This document shows positions 24,305-33,843 of a stretch of 58,404 nt of DNA, piece by piece. The notes beneath the pieces are model-generated. The model was not told the DNA's origin, did no database searches, and saw nothing but the letters and a program-made list of their open reading frames with translations. This DNA comes from an uncultured Candidatus Saccharibacteria bacterium (GTDB taxonomy: Bacteria > Patescibacteriota > Minisyncoccia > Phycocordibacterales > WO2-35-19), in contig CAYXKV010000002.1 of assembly GCA_964464975.1 (NCBI GenBank), forward strand, positions 1-58,404, read 5' to 3'. The position numbers were made by a program, and so were the translations under genes. The first letter of the stretch is position 1. Every line of letters begins with the position of its first letter.

Positions 24305-26074
24305 ATGGATAACTCCAACAACATTACCTACTTTGCCGAAACTGACGCGCGCAGTAAGCGGGTGAAGTTTGGCATCAAGGATGAAGACAGGCTTCGTCAT
24401 GTATATTCGATAGGCAAAACAGGCATGGGCAAATCTACCATGCTTGAGAACATGGCTGTGCAGGATATCCAGAATGGCAACGGCATGGCTTTTCTCGATC
24501 CTCACGGCAAGACGGCGGACCTTTTGCTAGATTATATCCCCGAGCATCGAATCAAGGATGTAATTTACTTTGCCCCATTTGATACCACTTACCCGATTTC
24601 ATTCAATGTTATGGAAGATGTCGGTCCGGAGAGGAGGCATTTGGTAGTGTCCGGCCTTATGAGCGCTTTTGAAAAGATTTGGGTGGACGCATGGAGCGCA
24701 AGGATGGCTTACATTTTGCAGAATACCCTTGCGGCCCTCCTTGAATATCCAGGGGCGACTCTCCTCGGAATTAACAGGATGCTCTCTGACAAATCTTACC
24801 GGCAAAAAGTGGTTGACAACCTGACCGACCCGACCACCAAAGCCTTTTGGACGGAAGAGTTTGCAAAATATACGGACCGCTATACGCAAGAAGCCACTCC
24901 GGCCATCCAGAACAAAGTCGGCCAATTCACTTCAAACCCTCTGATAAGGAACATCATCGGCCAGCCGAGGTCCTCTTTTGATATTCGGAAAATTATGGAT
25001 GAGAAGAAAATTTTGATTGTAAACTTGTCTAAGGGTTTAGTGGGTGAAAACAATGCAAACCTGCTCGGCTCGATGCTTGTAACCAAAATTTATCTTGCAG
25101 CCATGTCCAGAGCCGATGCCTCACCCCAGGATCTGAAAAAACTTCCAAATTTTTACCTTTATGTGGATGAGTTTCAGTCTTTCGCTAATAAGAGTTTTGC
25201 CGATATCCTCTCGGAGGCCAGAAAATACAAACTCTCTTTAAATATCACTCATCAGTATATTGAGCAGATGGCCGAAGAGGTGAGAGCGGCTGTCTTCGGC
25301 AACGTAGGAACCCTTATTTCCTTTAGGGTCGGGTCCTATGATGCCGAAGTGTTGGAGAAGGAATTTGCCCCGGTTTTTACTGCTGAGGATCTCGTAAACT
25401 TGGGGTTTGTGCAGATATATCTGAAGCTTATGATCGACGGCGTGGCCTCTCAGCCGTTTTCGGCAACCACTCTACCCCCGATTGCAAAGCCGGAAATCGT
25501 ATTTAAAGACCAGGTAGTTGAAGCTTCTCGCAAAAATTATGCCCATCCCAAGGCTTTGGTGGAGGAGGAAATTAAAAAATGGCACGAATCCGTGGATAAT
25601 GCCGGTGGTAAAGCCGAAAACAGGCAGCTAACCCGAAAGAGAGATGAAAGAAAAGAAGTCAAAAGACATGAAGAGCGGATAGTTGAAAAACCTGATAAAA
25701 AAATTGAAAATGCCGAAAACGTCAAAAAAGAAGTAGTAGAGAGAAACGAGAAAAAGTCTGACCAAAAAAACAGCAGCCTAGCCGATGCAATCGCAAACGC
25801 CTTAAGAGAGAAGCAAAGTACGGCTGACTTCAAAAAGGAGGTTGTAAATGAAAAACCGACACCCCTGGAAGTGGCGGAAAAAATTTCTTTATCTGTCCTC
25901 AAACATGGAGAGAAAAACAAAAACAAGGAAGCTACTGCCGAAAACAAAAACGCCTTGAAGGAAGCGTTAAATAAAGTAGCAAGCAATCAGCACCAGGCAG
26001 ATAGGGCAGAAAAAAAAGAAGAAAAATCCAAGGAAGTGCCGGAGGATGTTTTAAGAAAAATTTTGAAAGGATAA
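24305..26074 (+). CDS. P-loop NTPase of the TraG/VirD4/TraD (type IV coupling protein / HerA-like) superfamily with a Lys/Glu-rich C-terminal tail
   Basis: Walker A GKTGMGKST. Walker B YLYVDEFQSF. No TM anchor. The last ~170 aa are a K/E-rich low-complexity tail. Confidence 0.7.
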   Translation: MDNSNNITYFAETDARSKRVKFGIKDEDRLRHVYSIGKTGMGKSTMLENMAVQDIQNGNGMAFLDPHGKTADLLLDYIPEHRIKDVIYFAPFDTTYPISFNVMEDVGPERRHLVVSGLMSAFEKIWVDAWSARMAYILQNTLAALLEYPGATLLGINRMLSDKSYRQKVVDNLTDPTTKAFWTEEFAKYTDRYTQEATPAIQNKVGQFTSNPLIRNIIGQPRSSFDIRKIMDEKKILIVNLSKGLVGENNANLLGSMLVTKIYLAAMSRADASPQDLKKLPNFYLYVDEFQSFANKSFADILSEARKYKLSLNITHQYIEQMAEEVRAAVFGNVGTLISFRVGSYDAEVLEKEFAPVFTAEDLVNLGFVQIYLKLMIDGVASQPFSATTLPPIAKPEIVFKDQVVEASRKNYAHPKALVEEEIKKWHESVDNAGGKAENRQLTRKRDERKEVKRHEERIVEKPDKKIENAENVKKEVVERNEKKSDQKNSSLADAIANALREKQSTADFKKEVVNEKPTPLEVAEKISLSVLKHGEKNKNKEATAENKNALKEALNKVASNQHQADRAEKKEEKSKEVPEDVLRKILKG

Positions 26075-26140
26075 AGCTCTTAAGACAAAAAATCGTACTG
26101 CGTGGCTAAAAACAAGGATTTTTGATACTATGAGGTTATC

Positions 26141-27304
26141 ATGGAAGCTCGAAAAATTCTCATATTTTCCACAGCCTACGCGCCGTTTTGGGGTGGTGCC
26201 GAGGTGGCAATCAAAGAGATCACAGATAGGATCGGAGATCTTGAATTTGACCTGATAACTGCAAAGTTTAAAAAAGGTTTACCAAGATCTGAAAAGGTGG
26301 GCAGAGTGAACGTTTATAGGGTTGGGGTAGGATTGCAGACCTTAGATAAGCTTCTCCTGCCTTTTCTCGGAGCCATCAAGGCTTTAAGGCTGAATAACAA
26401 AAACCGTTACAAGTTCTACTGGTGCATGATGGTGAGTTTCGCATCCGGAGCTGCCTATATTTCAAACATAATAAAATTTTGGAACAGGACTCCCGTGGTT
26501 CTCACTCTTCAAGAAGGCGACTCGGAAGAGCACTTCGGTAAACGGTGGCTTGGACTAATCAATCTATCTTGGAAGCTTGCCCTTTCGCGTGCAGATAAGC
26601 TTACTGTCATTAGCAATTACCTAGGCGAGAGGGCGAGGAAATTCGGATATAAGGGTGAAATTTACCTAATCCCGAATGGGGTAGATTTTGAAAAATTTGA
26701 TGTACGAATAACGAAGAACGAAATTGAAGAAAGAAAAAAAGTAAGAAACGAGATAGGTTTAAAGGAAGGAGATATAGCTCTAGTAACAACCTCAAGGCTG
26801 GTTTTGAAAAACGGAGTCGGGGACGTGATAGATGCACTCAAATCACTGCCGAAGAATGTTAAGTTTGTGATTATCGGTTCTGGTATCTTAGAGAATAAAT
26901 TAAAACTCCATGCTCTAAGCTCTAAGCTCCAAGCTCGTGTAATATTTCTGGGGTTTGTTTCTCACGACAAGCTGCCAAAATACCTCAAAGCTTGCGATAT
27001 CTTCATCCGGCCTTCTCTTTCCGAAGGTATGGGCAATTCGTTTATCGAGGCGATGGCGGCAGGGCTGCCTGTGATCGCTACCCCTGTTGGAGGCATTGTC
27101 GACTTTATATTCGACGGAGAGACTGGATATTTTTGCAAACCTAATGATCCAAATAGTATAGCTCACGCAGTGAGAAGAGTAATAAATGATACAGGAATAA
27201 ATAAGGTGTTAAACCGCGCAGCCATGATGATAAATGAAAAATATAATTGGGAATTAATCTCAAAAAAAATGTTAGAGTCATTTATTTCGAAAAATAGGCG
27301 ATGA
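26141..27304 (+). CDS. Glycosyltransferase family 4
   Basis: 387 aa. PSLSEGMGNSFIEAMAAGLPVIATPVGGIVDFI (E-x7-E region). Confidence 0.85.
   Translation: MEARKILIFSTAYAPFWGGAEVAIKEITDRIGDLEFDLITAKFKKGLPRSEKVGRVNVYRVGVGLQTLDKLLLPFLGAIKALRLNNKNRYKFYWCMMVSFASGAAYISNIIKFWNRTPVVLTLQEGDSEEHFGKRWLGLINLSWKLALSRADKLTVISNYLGERARKFGYKGEIYLIPNGVDFEKFDVRITKNEIEERKKVRNEIGLKEGDIALVTTSRLVLKNGVGDVIDALKSLPKNVKFVIIGSGILENKLKLHALSSKLQARVIFLGFVSHDKLPKYLKACDIFIRPSLSEGMGNSFIEAMAAGLPVIATPVGGIVDFIFDGETGYFCKPNDPNSIAHAVRRVINDTGINKVLNRAAMMINEKYNWELISKKMLESFISKNRR
26913..26936 (-). repeat. Heptanucleotide tandem repeat (reverse complement of the AGCTTAG family) inside the GT4 coding sequence
   Basis: CTCTAAG CTCTAAG CTCCAAG CTC on the + strand, encoding ALSSKLQA. 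Confidence 0.75.
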
Positions 27305-28401
27305 AAGACAAACCGAATATTCTTATAATTACTGGTGTTTATCCACCTGAAATCGGTGGGCCGGCAACTTATACGATGTTGATGGAAAGGGAATTACCCA
27401 AATACGGAATAAGGGTCAAAGTCTTACCTTTCAATGTTGTCAAAAAATATCCAAAAATTATTCGACATGTGATTTTTCTAATTAAAATTCTCCAATTGGG
27501 TAGGAGTACGGACTTATTGTATGCGCAAGACCCGGTCAGCGTCGGGTTTCCTTCGCTGTGCGCAGCAAAGATTCTCAGAAAGCTGTTTCTTATTCGTATT
27601 CCTGGCGATTATGCCTGGGAGCGTGCCGCAAGTTATTTTGGGTTAAAAGATGATATAGAAACATTCCAAAAAAAGAAATATGCTTTCAAAATTGAATTAT
27701 TAAAAATGGTAGAAAGATATGTTGCCCGGAGTGCCGACATGGTCATTACCCCGAGTGATTACTTTAAAAAACTTGTTCAGAATTGGAACCCAAAAATTAA
27801 AAATGTTCATACCATTCACAATGGCGTTGATGTAGAAACGATACCAAACAACAATGGTGGTTTTGAAAAAATGACAATAATTTCTGCAGGCCGACTCATT
27901 AAATTGAAGGGTTTTGATTTTTTAGTAGGAATGATGAAGAACTTGCCGGGTTGGAAACTTAAAATCGTAGGGGATGGCCCAGAGAGGGAAAACCTAGATC
28001 GTCTTATTGGTGAAAATAATCTTGCAGACAGAGTAAAACTCCTCGGTAATCTAAGTCGGCGTGATCTTATTTATCAGGTCCAAAAAAGTGAGGTTTTTGT
28101 ATTGAACTCTATTTCTGAGAGCTTTTCATTCCAGGTTGTTGAGGCTATGGCTGCTGGCACGCCGGTTATCGCCACAGGTGTAGGCGGCATAATTGAAATT
28201 ATCAAAGACGGTGAAGATGGTTTACTCTTTTATCCAAACGATCGAGAAAGTTTACTTTCTGCACTAGCCAAGATTCATGATAGTGGCATAAGAGAATCTT
28301 TATTACGCAAAGCAAAAACCAAAACAAAACAGTTTTCCATTCAGCATGCAACGGAGCGTACACTGAAAATAATCAATGAGCTTCTAGCAAAAAGCAAATG
28401 A
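27301..28401 (+). CDS. Glycosyltransferase family 4
   Basis: 366 aa. GGPATYTMLM N-terminal motif. SISESFSFQVVEAMAAGTPVIATGVGGIIEII. Confidence 0.85.
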   Translation: MKDKPNILIITGVYPPEIGGPATYTMLMERELPKYGIRVKVLPFNVVKKYPKIIRHVIFLIKILQLGRSTDLLYAQDPVSVGFPSLCAAKILRKLFLIRIPGDYAWERAASYFGLKDDIETFQKKKYAFKIELLKMVERYVARSADMVITPSDYFKKLVQNWNPKIKNVHTIHNGVDVETIPNNNGGFEKMTIISAGRLIKLKGFDFLVGMMKNLPGWKLKIVGDGPERENLDRLIGENNLADRVKLLGNLSRRDLIYQVQKSEVFVLNSISESFSFQVVEAMAAGTPVIATGVGGIIEIIKDGEDGLLFYPNDRESLLSALAKIHDSGIRESLLRKAKTKTKQFSIQHATERTLKIINELLAKSK

Positions 28402-29930
28402 GGGTTATATCCATAGGAACTGATCGCAAAATATTTGATGAAGACTCGGCGGTAAGGCTGAGGATCATAGAATACGGAAAACTGTTTGATGAATTGCACA
28501 TTGTGGTGTTCACAACAGGAACTAACAATTATGAATCAAGAATCAAACTTTCAGATAACACATACGTATATGCAACAAATTCAAGAAATAAACTCTGGTA
28601 TATCATTGACGCATTCAAAATTTCCAAATCCATAATTCGCAATTCAGGATTTATAATTCAAAATTCTGTTATTTCATGCCAGGACCCGTTTGAAACAGGA
28701 GTTGTCGGCTTGTTGCTTAAATTCAAATTTAAGATACCGCTTCAAATACAAATTCACACCGATTTTACCAACAGATATTTTATTCTCCATTCATTATTGA
28801 ATTTTATTAGATTTCCATTGGGGCTTTTTATTTTGGGTTTTGCCGACTCCGTGAGGGTGGTGTCGCAGAAAATCGCAGATTCTATACACTCTCTTTCACA
28901 TAACATTGAGGTGCTGCCGATAAACGTAAGTCAAAACGCAAAACTAAAAGTGAAAGACGACAGCCAAAAACAAAAGTCCTATGGAAGTATTGAAATACTT
29001 ACGGTATGCAGACTGGAGAATGAGAAAGATCTGGAAACTGCGATCAGGGCATTCAAAGAAGCAGTTGAAATGGGCGCTAATGCGACTTTTACAATAGTGG
29101 GAGATGGCTCACAAAGAGAGTATCTAAAAAATTTATCTAAAACTTTAAATCTTGAATCCAGAATCTTTTTTGTCGGGTGGCAAAATGATTTGGAGGAGTA
29201 TTATAAAAATGCCGATATCTACATCTCGACCTCACTCTACGAAGGTTATGGCATGTCTTCAATCGAGGCGGCCATGCACGGGTTGCCCCTTATACTTTCA
29301 AATACCGGAGTTGCCGGAAGCATCTTTAAGGATGGTAGGGAAGCAATAATTTGCGGCCAGAAAAATGTTGATTCATTTACAGGAGCCATTATCAGGCTCG
29401 CATCAGATAGTGGGTTAAGAAAGGAGATTGGAGAGAGAGCAAGAGATTCTGCAAACAGTGTGCAGGTGAACAGAGAGGAATATTTAAGAAGATATAAAAA
29501 TTCTATTTCAGACGCTATAGCGTTCTATAATAATGGGCAGAGCGCTTTTAAGAAGAGTATTCTATTGAGATATTTCTGCGCAGGCATTACCGGGGCTTCA
29601 ACACAAATCGGACTTTTGTATTTATTTACCGACATTGTGGGTATCTGGTACATTTATTCTTCGATGATGGCGTTTGCGGCCGCTCTTTGCGTCAGTTTCT
29701 TGCTCCAAAAATTTTGGACTTTTAACGATAGGGGGATAAATAAGGCCCACCACCAGTTTTTGCGGTATTTTGGGGTAGCTGTAGCAGGGATACTCATAAA
29801 TACCGCTTTGATGTTTTTGTTTGTAGATATTGCAGGCATTTGGTATATTTTGGCACAAGTGATAGCCGGGGCCTTCATAATGGTTTTCAACTTTTTGATG
29901 TATAAGTTTTTTATCTTCCATAAGAAATGA
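28398..29930 (+). CDS. Glycosyltransferase family 4 fused to a C-terminal GtrA-like 4-TM domain
   Basis: 510 aa. GT core STSLYEGYGMSSIEAAMHGLPLILSNTGVAGSI. C-terminal RYFCAGITGASTQIGLLYLFTDIVGIWY...LLQKFWTFNDR is GtrA-like. Confidence 0.8.
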   Translation: MRVISIGTDRKIFDEDSAVRLRIIEYGKLFDELHIVVFTTGTNNYESRIKLSDNTYVYATNSRNKLWYIIDAFKISKSIIRNSGFIIQNSVISCQDPFETGVVGLLLKFKFKIPLQIQIHTDFTNRYFILHSLLNFIRFPLGLFILGFADSVRVVSQKIADSIHSLSHNIEVLPINVSQNAKLKVKDDSQKQKSYGSIEILTVCRLENEKDLETAIRAFKEAVEMGANATFTIVGDGSQREYLKNLSKTLNLESRIFFVGWQNDLEEYYKNADIYISTSLYEGYGMSSIEAAMHGLPLILSNTGVAGSIFKDGREAIICGQKNVDSFTGAIIRLASDSGLRKEIGERARDSANSVQVNREEYLRRYKNSISDAIAFYNNGQSAFKKSILLRYFCAGITGASTQIGLLYLFTDIVGIWYIYSSMMAFAAALCVSFLLQKFWTFNDRGINKAHHQFLRYFGVAVAGILINTALMFLFVDIAGIWYILAQVIAGAFIMVFNFLMYKFFIFHKK

Positions 29931-30982
29931 AGCTTCTTATTCTCACGCAAAAAATTGACAAAAATGACCCTATTCTTGGGTTTTTCCATAAATGGATTGA
30001 AGAACTTTCAAAAAAATTTGAAAACATTACGGTTATTTGCCTCGAAAAAGGAGGTTATAGTTTACCGCAAAACGTAAATGTTTTATCTCTCGGTAAAGAG
30101 AAGTTAGCAATAAGCAACCAATACCTAGTAACTAGGATTAGATATGTTTGGAATTTTTATAAATACATATGGAATGAAAGAAAAAATTATGATGCTGTAT
30201 TTGTGCACATGAATGAAGAGTACGTTTTGCTCGGAGGAATTTTTTGGAAAATTTTTGGCAAAAAAACTTATTTATGGCGCAATCATCCACACGGGAGTTT
30301 TCTTACAAGGATCGCCGTTTGGTTGTCTTACAAAGTCTTTTGCACTTCTAAGTACGCATACGTGGTAAAGTATAAAAAAGTTGAAATAATGCCAGTAGGG
30401 ATAGATATAGAAAGATTCAAGATTCAAGATTCAAGATTCAGAGTGAAAGACTCAATATTGTTTCTTGGGAGGATGTCACCAATAAAGAAACCGGATTTGC
30501 TTGTTGAAGCGCTGGGAATACTAAAGAAGAAGGGGGTAGATTTTATCGCAAACTTTTACGGCGAACCGCTACCTAAGGATAGAATGTATTTTGAAGACCT
30601 CAAAAAACGTTCAAGAGAATTAGATCTTGATTCATTTGTTCGATTCCACGGAGCAATACCAAACGAAGAAACCCCTGAAGTTTACGCAAGGCATGAAATA
30701 TTTGTAAATCTTACTCCAACCGGCAGTATGGATAAAACAATTTTCGAGGCAATGGCTTGCGGATGCATACCGCTTGTTTCGAATTATTCCCTGACAAGCC
30801 TTGTTGATGATAACCTTATATTAAAGAATAATTTTTCTAAGGAACTGGCTGCAAAAATAAAAGGAATCTTATTTATGAATGGTGAGCAGAAAGAAGAAAT
30901 CATAAGGGTGTGCACTACATCTGTAAAAATTCACAGCCTAGATAATTTGGTTCAAAAAATACATACCTCTTTTGTTGCCTAA
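29927..30982 (+). CDS. Glycosyltransferase family 4 (group 1)
   Basis: 351 aa. TPTGSMDKTIFEAMACGCIPLVSN. Confidence 0.75.
   Translation: MKLLILTQKIDKNDPILGFFHKWIEELSKKFENITVICLEKGGYSLPQNVNVLSLGKEKLAISNQYLVTRIRYVWNFYKYIWNERKNYDAVFVHMNEEYVLLGGIFWKIFGKKTYLWRNHPHGSFLTRIAVWLSYKVFCTSKYAYVVKYKKVEIMPVGIDIERFKIQDSRFRVKDSILFLGRMSPIKKPDLLVEALGILKKKGVDFIANFYGEPLPKDRMYFEDLKKRSRELDLDSFVRFHGAIPNEETPEVYARHEIFVNLTPTGSMDKTIFEAMACGCIPLVSNYSLTSLVDDNLILKNNFSKELAAKIKGILFMNGEQKEEIIRVCTTSVKIHSLDNLVQKIHTSFVA
30413..30440 (+). repeat. Perfect heptanucleotide tandem repeat (AGATTCA) x4 inside a GT4 coding sequence
   Basis: Four exact AGATTCA units at 30413-30440, encoding RFKIQDSRFR. Confidence 0.9.
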
Positions 30983-31003
30983 CTATGATATATTATTCTG
31001 ATC

Positions 31004-32482
31004 ATGGAAGAAAATAATGTAGCAAAAACGATTGAAACAGATACACTAATAGTGGGGGCTGGACCAGCTGGTTTAGCCTGTGCTATGGAGTTGTATAAAG
31101 CAGGAAAAGATTTTGTTATTGTGGAGAAAGAAAAAAGTCCCGGCGGTCTGGCAAAAACATACGAGTTTAAAGAAGCAGACGGATTAATATTTTATACGGA
31201 TAATGGGCCACATCGTTTTTTTTCTAAAAACAAATATTTATACGATTTTATTGAAGATTTGATAGGGGAAAAATGGATCAAGGTGAAAAGACAGACCAGG
31301 CAATATATCGACGGAGTATTTTACGATTATCCAATCAACGCTTTACAAGCCCTAAAAAATATAGGTTTTACCCGAGCTCTCAAGATGATACTAGATTATA
31401 CCTTGGCCAAGATCGAATTTGGGTTATTTAGGAAGCCCGTTACCTCTTTTAAGGATTATGCTTATGCGAACTTCGGAAAATCTTTAGCTGAATTCAACAT
31501 GGTCAACTATACCGAAAAGATATGGGGAATTCCTGCAGATACCATACATACCGATTTTGCCGCCCAGCGGATAAAGGGTTTGAGTTTAACTTCTGTAGCC
31601 ACAACAATGATCAAAAGAGCGTTAAGGATTGGAAACTCATCACCCAAGAGCCTTGTTGATGAATTTTACTATCCTTCTAGGGGGACGGGCTTTATCTACG
31701 AATCAATTGTCTCTCGTATCAAAAAAAATGGACACATCGTCTTATTTGAAACTTTTCCGGTAAAAATAAACATGTCAGATACTAAACGGAATGAAGTTAT
31801 CGTCAGAGATAATAAAGGAGATACAACAAAAATTTTATGCAGGAACCTGGTAGAGTCAATCCCAATTACAAAGTTTGTCTCATTGATTGAACCAACAGTT
31901 CCAAGTGATGTGAATGAATCTGTATCAAAATTGAAACACAGAGCCCAAGTTTATTTGTTCATTACATTAAACAAGGAGTCAATCACAGATGACCAGTGGA
32001 TTTATTTCCCGTCTAAAAAAACTCCGATAGGCAGAGTAAGCGAAATGCGGAATTTTTCACAAGAGATGTCACCAAAAGGCAAAACTTCCCTATTTGTAGA
32101 GTTTTTTTGTTTTGAAGGAGATGATATATGGAATGCCCCAAAAGAAAAGTTGCTGGATTATACTTTAAATGCGGTAAAGGATTTGGGAGTAAAAATGGAA
32201 GAAATACGACAGACTTATGTAATAAGGAAAAATGACGTTTACCCGGTGTATGACCTTTGGTATGAGGACCACTTGAAAAAAATAAAATCTTACCTCGACA
32301 ATTTTCACAATCTTTATTACATAGGAAGACCGGGGCGTTTCAGATACAATAATCAAGACCATTCTCTTGAAATGGGAATTTTAGCTGCACGTTGTATCAT
32401 GGACGGCAAGCGGTACGATTTTGATTCGGTAGGATCTGAAAGGGAATATTTTGAGAGTGGCTCGATACCAGAAAAAAAATGA
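31004..32482 (+). CDS. FAD-dependent oxidoreductase (amine-oxidase / UDP-galactopyranose-mutase-like fold)
   Basis: 492 aa. Dinucleotide-binding LIVGAGPAGLACA...VEKEKSPGG. C-terminal YYIGRPGRFRYNNQDHSLEMG resembles the UGM-type GR..Y.Y.N.D motif. Confidence 0.7.
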   Translation: MEENNVAKTIETDTLIVGAGPAGLACAMELYKAGKDFVIVEKEKSPGGLAKTYEFKEADGLIFYTDNGPHRFFSKNKYLYDFIEDLIGEKWIKVKRQTRQYIDGVFYDYPINALQALKNIGFTRALKMILDYTLAKIEFGLFRKPVTSFKDYAYANFGKSLAEFNMVNYTEKIWGIPADTIHTDFAAQRIKGLSLTSVATTMIKRALRIGNSSPKSLVDEFYYPSRGTGFIYESIVSRIKKNGHIVLFETFPVKINMSDTKRNEVIVRDNKGDTTKILCRNLVESIPITKFVSLIEPTVPSDVNESVSKLKHRAQVYLFITLNKESITDDQWIYFPSKKTPIGRVSEMRNFSQEMSPKGKTSLFVEFFCFEGDDIWNAPKEKLLDYTLNAVKDLGVKMEEIRQTYVIRKNDVYPVYDLWYEDHLKKIKSYLDNFHNLYYIGRPGRFRYNNQDHSLEMGILAARCIMDGKRYDFDSVGSEREYFESGSIPEKK

Positions 32483-33843
32483 AAAAAGCGTTAATCAGCT
32501 ATATCAATGCTCTGCCTACATGGTTCAGGATTGCTCTAGTTCTCATTTTTAGTGTGTATATAGCAGGTTGGGTCTACACTATTTATCTTTCTCACACCCA
32601 AACAAATAGGGGCATCAAGCCTGTACTGCCAATCATACAGGGAGATTCTGAGGAATATTATTATCTCGCTGAATCGTTGCTTGATGGGAGAGAGTTTTCA
32701 TTGTACGGGCATCCGGAAACCTTCAGGTCTCCGGGCTATCCGGTTTTCATTGCAGCTATAAAATTTGCAACCGGTAGCTACTTCGGAGTAACTATTTTCC
32801 AGATATTCGTTGTTTTTGCTACGTCGCTTTTAATAGAAAAATTAGGGAGAGAATATGATAATCCGTTAGTGGGGCAATTGTCTGCATTATTTTTTTTAAT
32901 AAGCCCAATTACTTTCACGCTTTCACTGACAATTTTATCAGAAGTATTTTATATATTTGTATTTATCTTCACATATTCATTCATAATTGGTAGATTGAAT
33001 GCAAGAAATAACCTAACAGTTCTGCCGGCATTGCTTATTGCAGTAGCAATATATGTGCGTCCAATGGGCATATTTGCATTACCGATATTTTTGGCACCCA
33101 TTTTCGCGGCTAAGGAAAAAATTAAATTTAAAATCGTGAATTTTTTAGCCGTATCTTTGGTCGCGTTCATTTTTATGTTGCCTTGGTACATAAGGAACAA
33201 AAAAATATCCGGAGTTTTTGCCTTTAGTTCGCTTAAGTCATTTAACTTGGCAAAATATAACATCCCAATTTTTTTGTCCAATTTGAATGGCACTACAGTA
33301 GAACAAGAAACTATCATCCTTCAAAAGGTGTCAATGATTCCAGAAGATAATTGGAGAGATCTAAAATATTCTTCGTTTTTGGATAAACATACAATGAAAA
33401 TAATCCTTAGCAACCCTGTCTCTTACGCTAAATTTCATATTATTTCCTCCATGCCTTTTCTTTTTTCGTCCTCGTTGGAATTTCTAGTTCATACATATGA
33501 AAGTTCTATGCGATTGAACCGCCAAGTAAAACCATCAAGCATATGGTATCTAACAAAGGGGGAAATCAATTTGTTTATAAAGAATATTTCAGGTGAATGG
33601 TGGGAGTTCTCGGAGAGAATCCTGCTTCTTTTAATAATATTTTTATCCGCTTATGGTATATGGGTGAATAGAAAAAAACCCTATTCCTACGTTTTTATAT
33701 TTTTCATTTTGTATTCCATGATATTGACTGGCCCAGTAGCCAATGCAAGATATAGGGTGCCGGTAGAACCGTTTTTGATGATTTTGTCTATGAGCGGTTT
33801 CATTTCGATTTGTAAAAATATGAGATTTAAAACCTATGTATAA
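32479..33843 (+). CDS. GT-C membrane glycosyltransferase (ArnT/PMT, GT39/GT83-like)
   Basis: 454 aa, polytopic. Periplasmic-loop motif DSEEYYYLAESLLDGREFSL...FRSPGYPVFIA. Confidence 0.7.
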   Translation: MKKALISYINALPTWFRIALVLIFSVYIAGWVYTIYLSHTQTNRGIKPVLPIIQGDSEEYYYLAESLLDGREFSLYGHPETFRSPGYPVFIAAIKFATGSYFGVTIFQIFVVFATSLLIEKLGREYDNPLVGQLSALFFLISPITFTLSLTILSEVFYIFVFIFTYSFIIGRLNARNNLTVLPALLIAVAIYVRPMGIFALPIFLAPIFAAKEKIKFKIVNFLAVSLVAFIFMLPWYIRNKKISGVFAFSSLKSFNLAKYNIPIFLSNLNGTTVEQETIILQKVSMIPEDNWRDLKYSSFLDKHTMKIILSNPVSYAKFHIISSMPFLFSSSLEFLVHTYESSMRLNRQVKPSSIWYLTKGEINLFIKNISGEWWEFSERILLLLIIFLSAYGIWVNRKKPYSYVFIFFILYSMILTGPVANARYRVPVEPFLMILSMSGFISICKNMRFKTYV

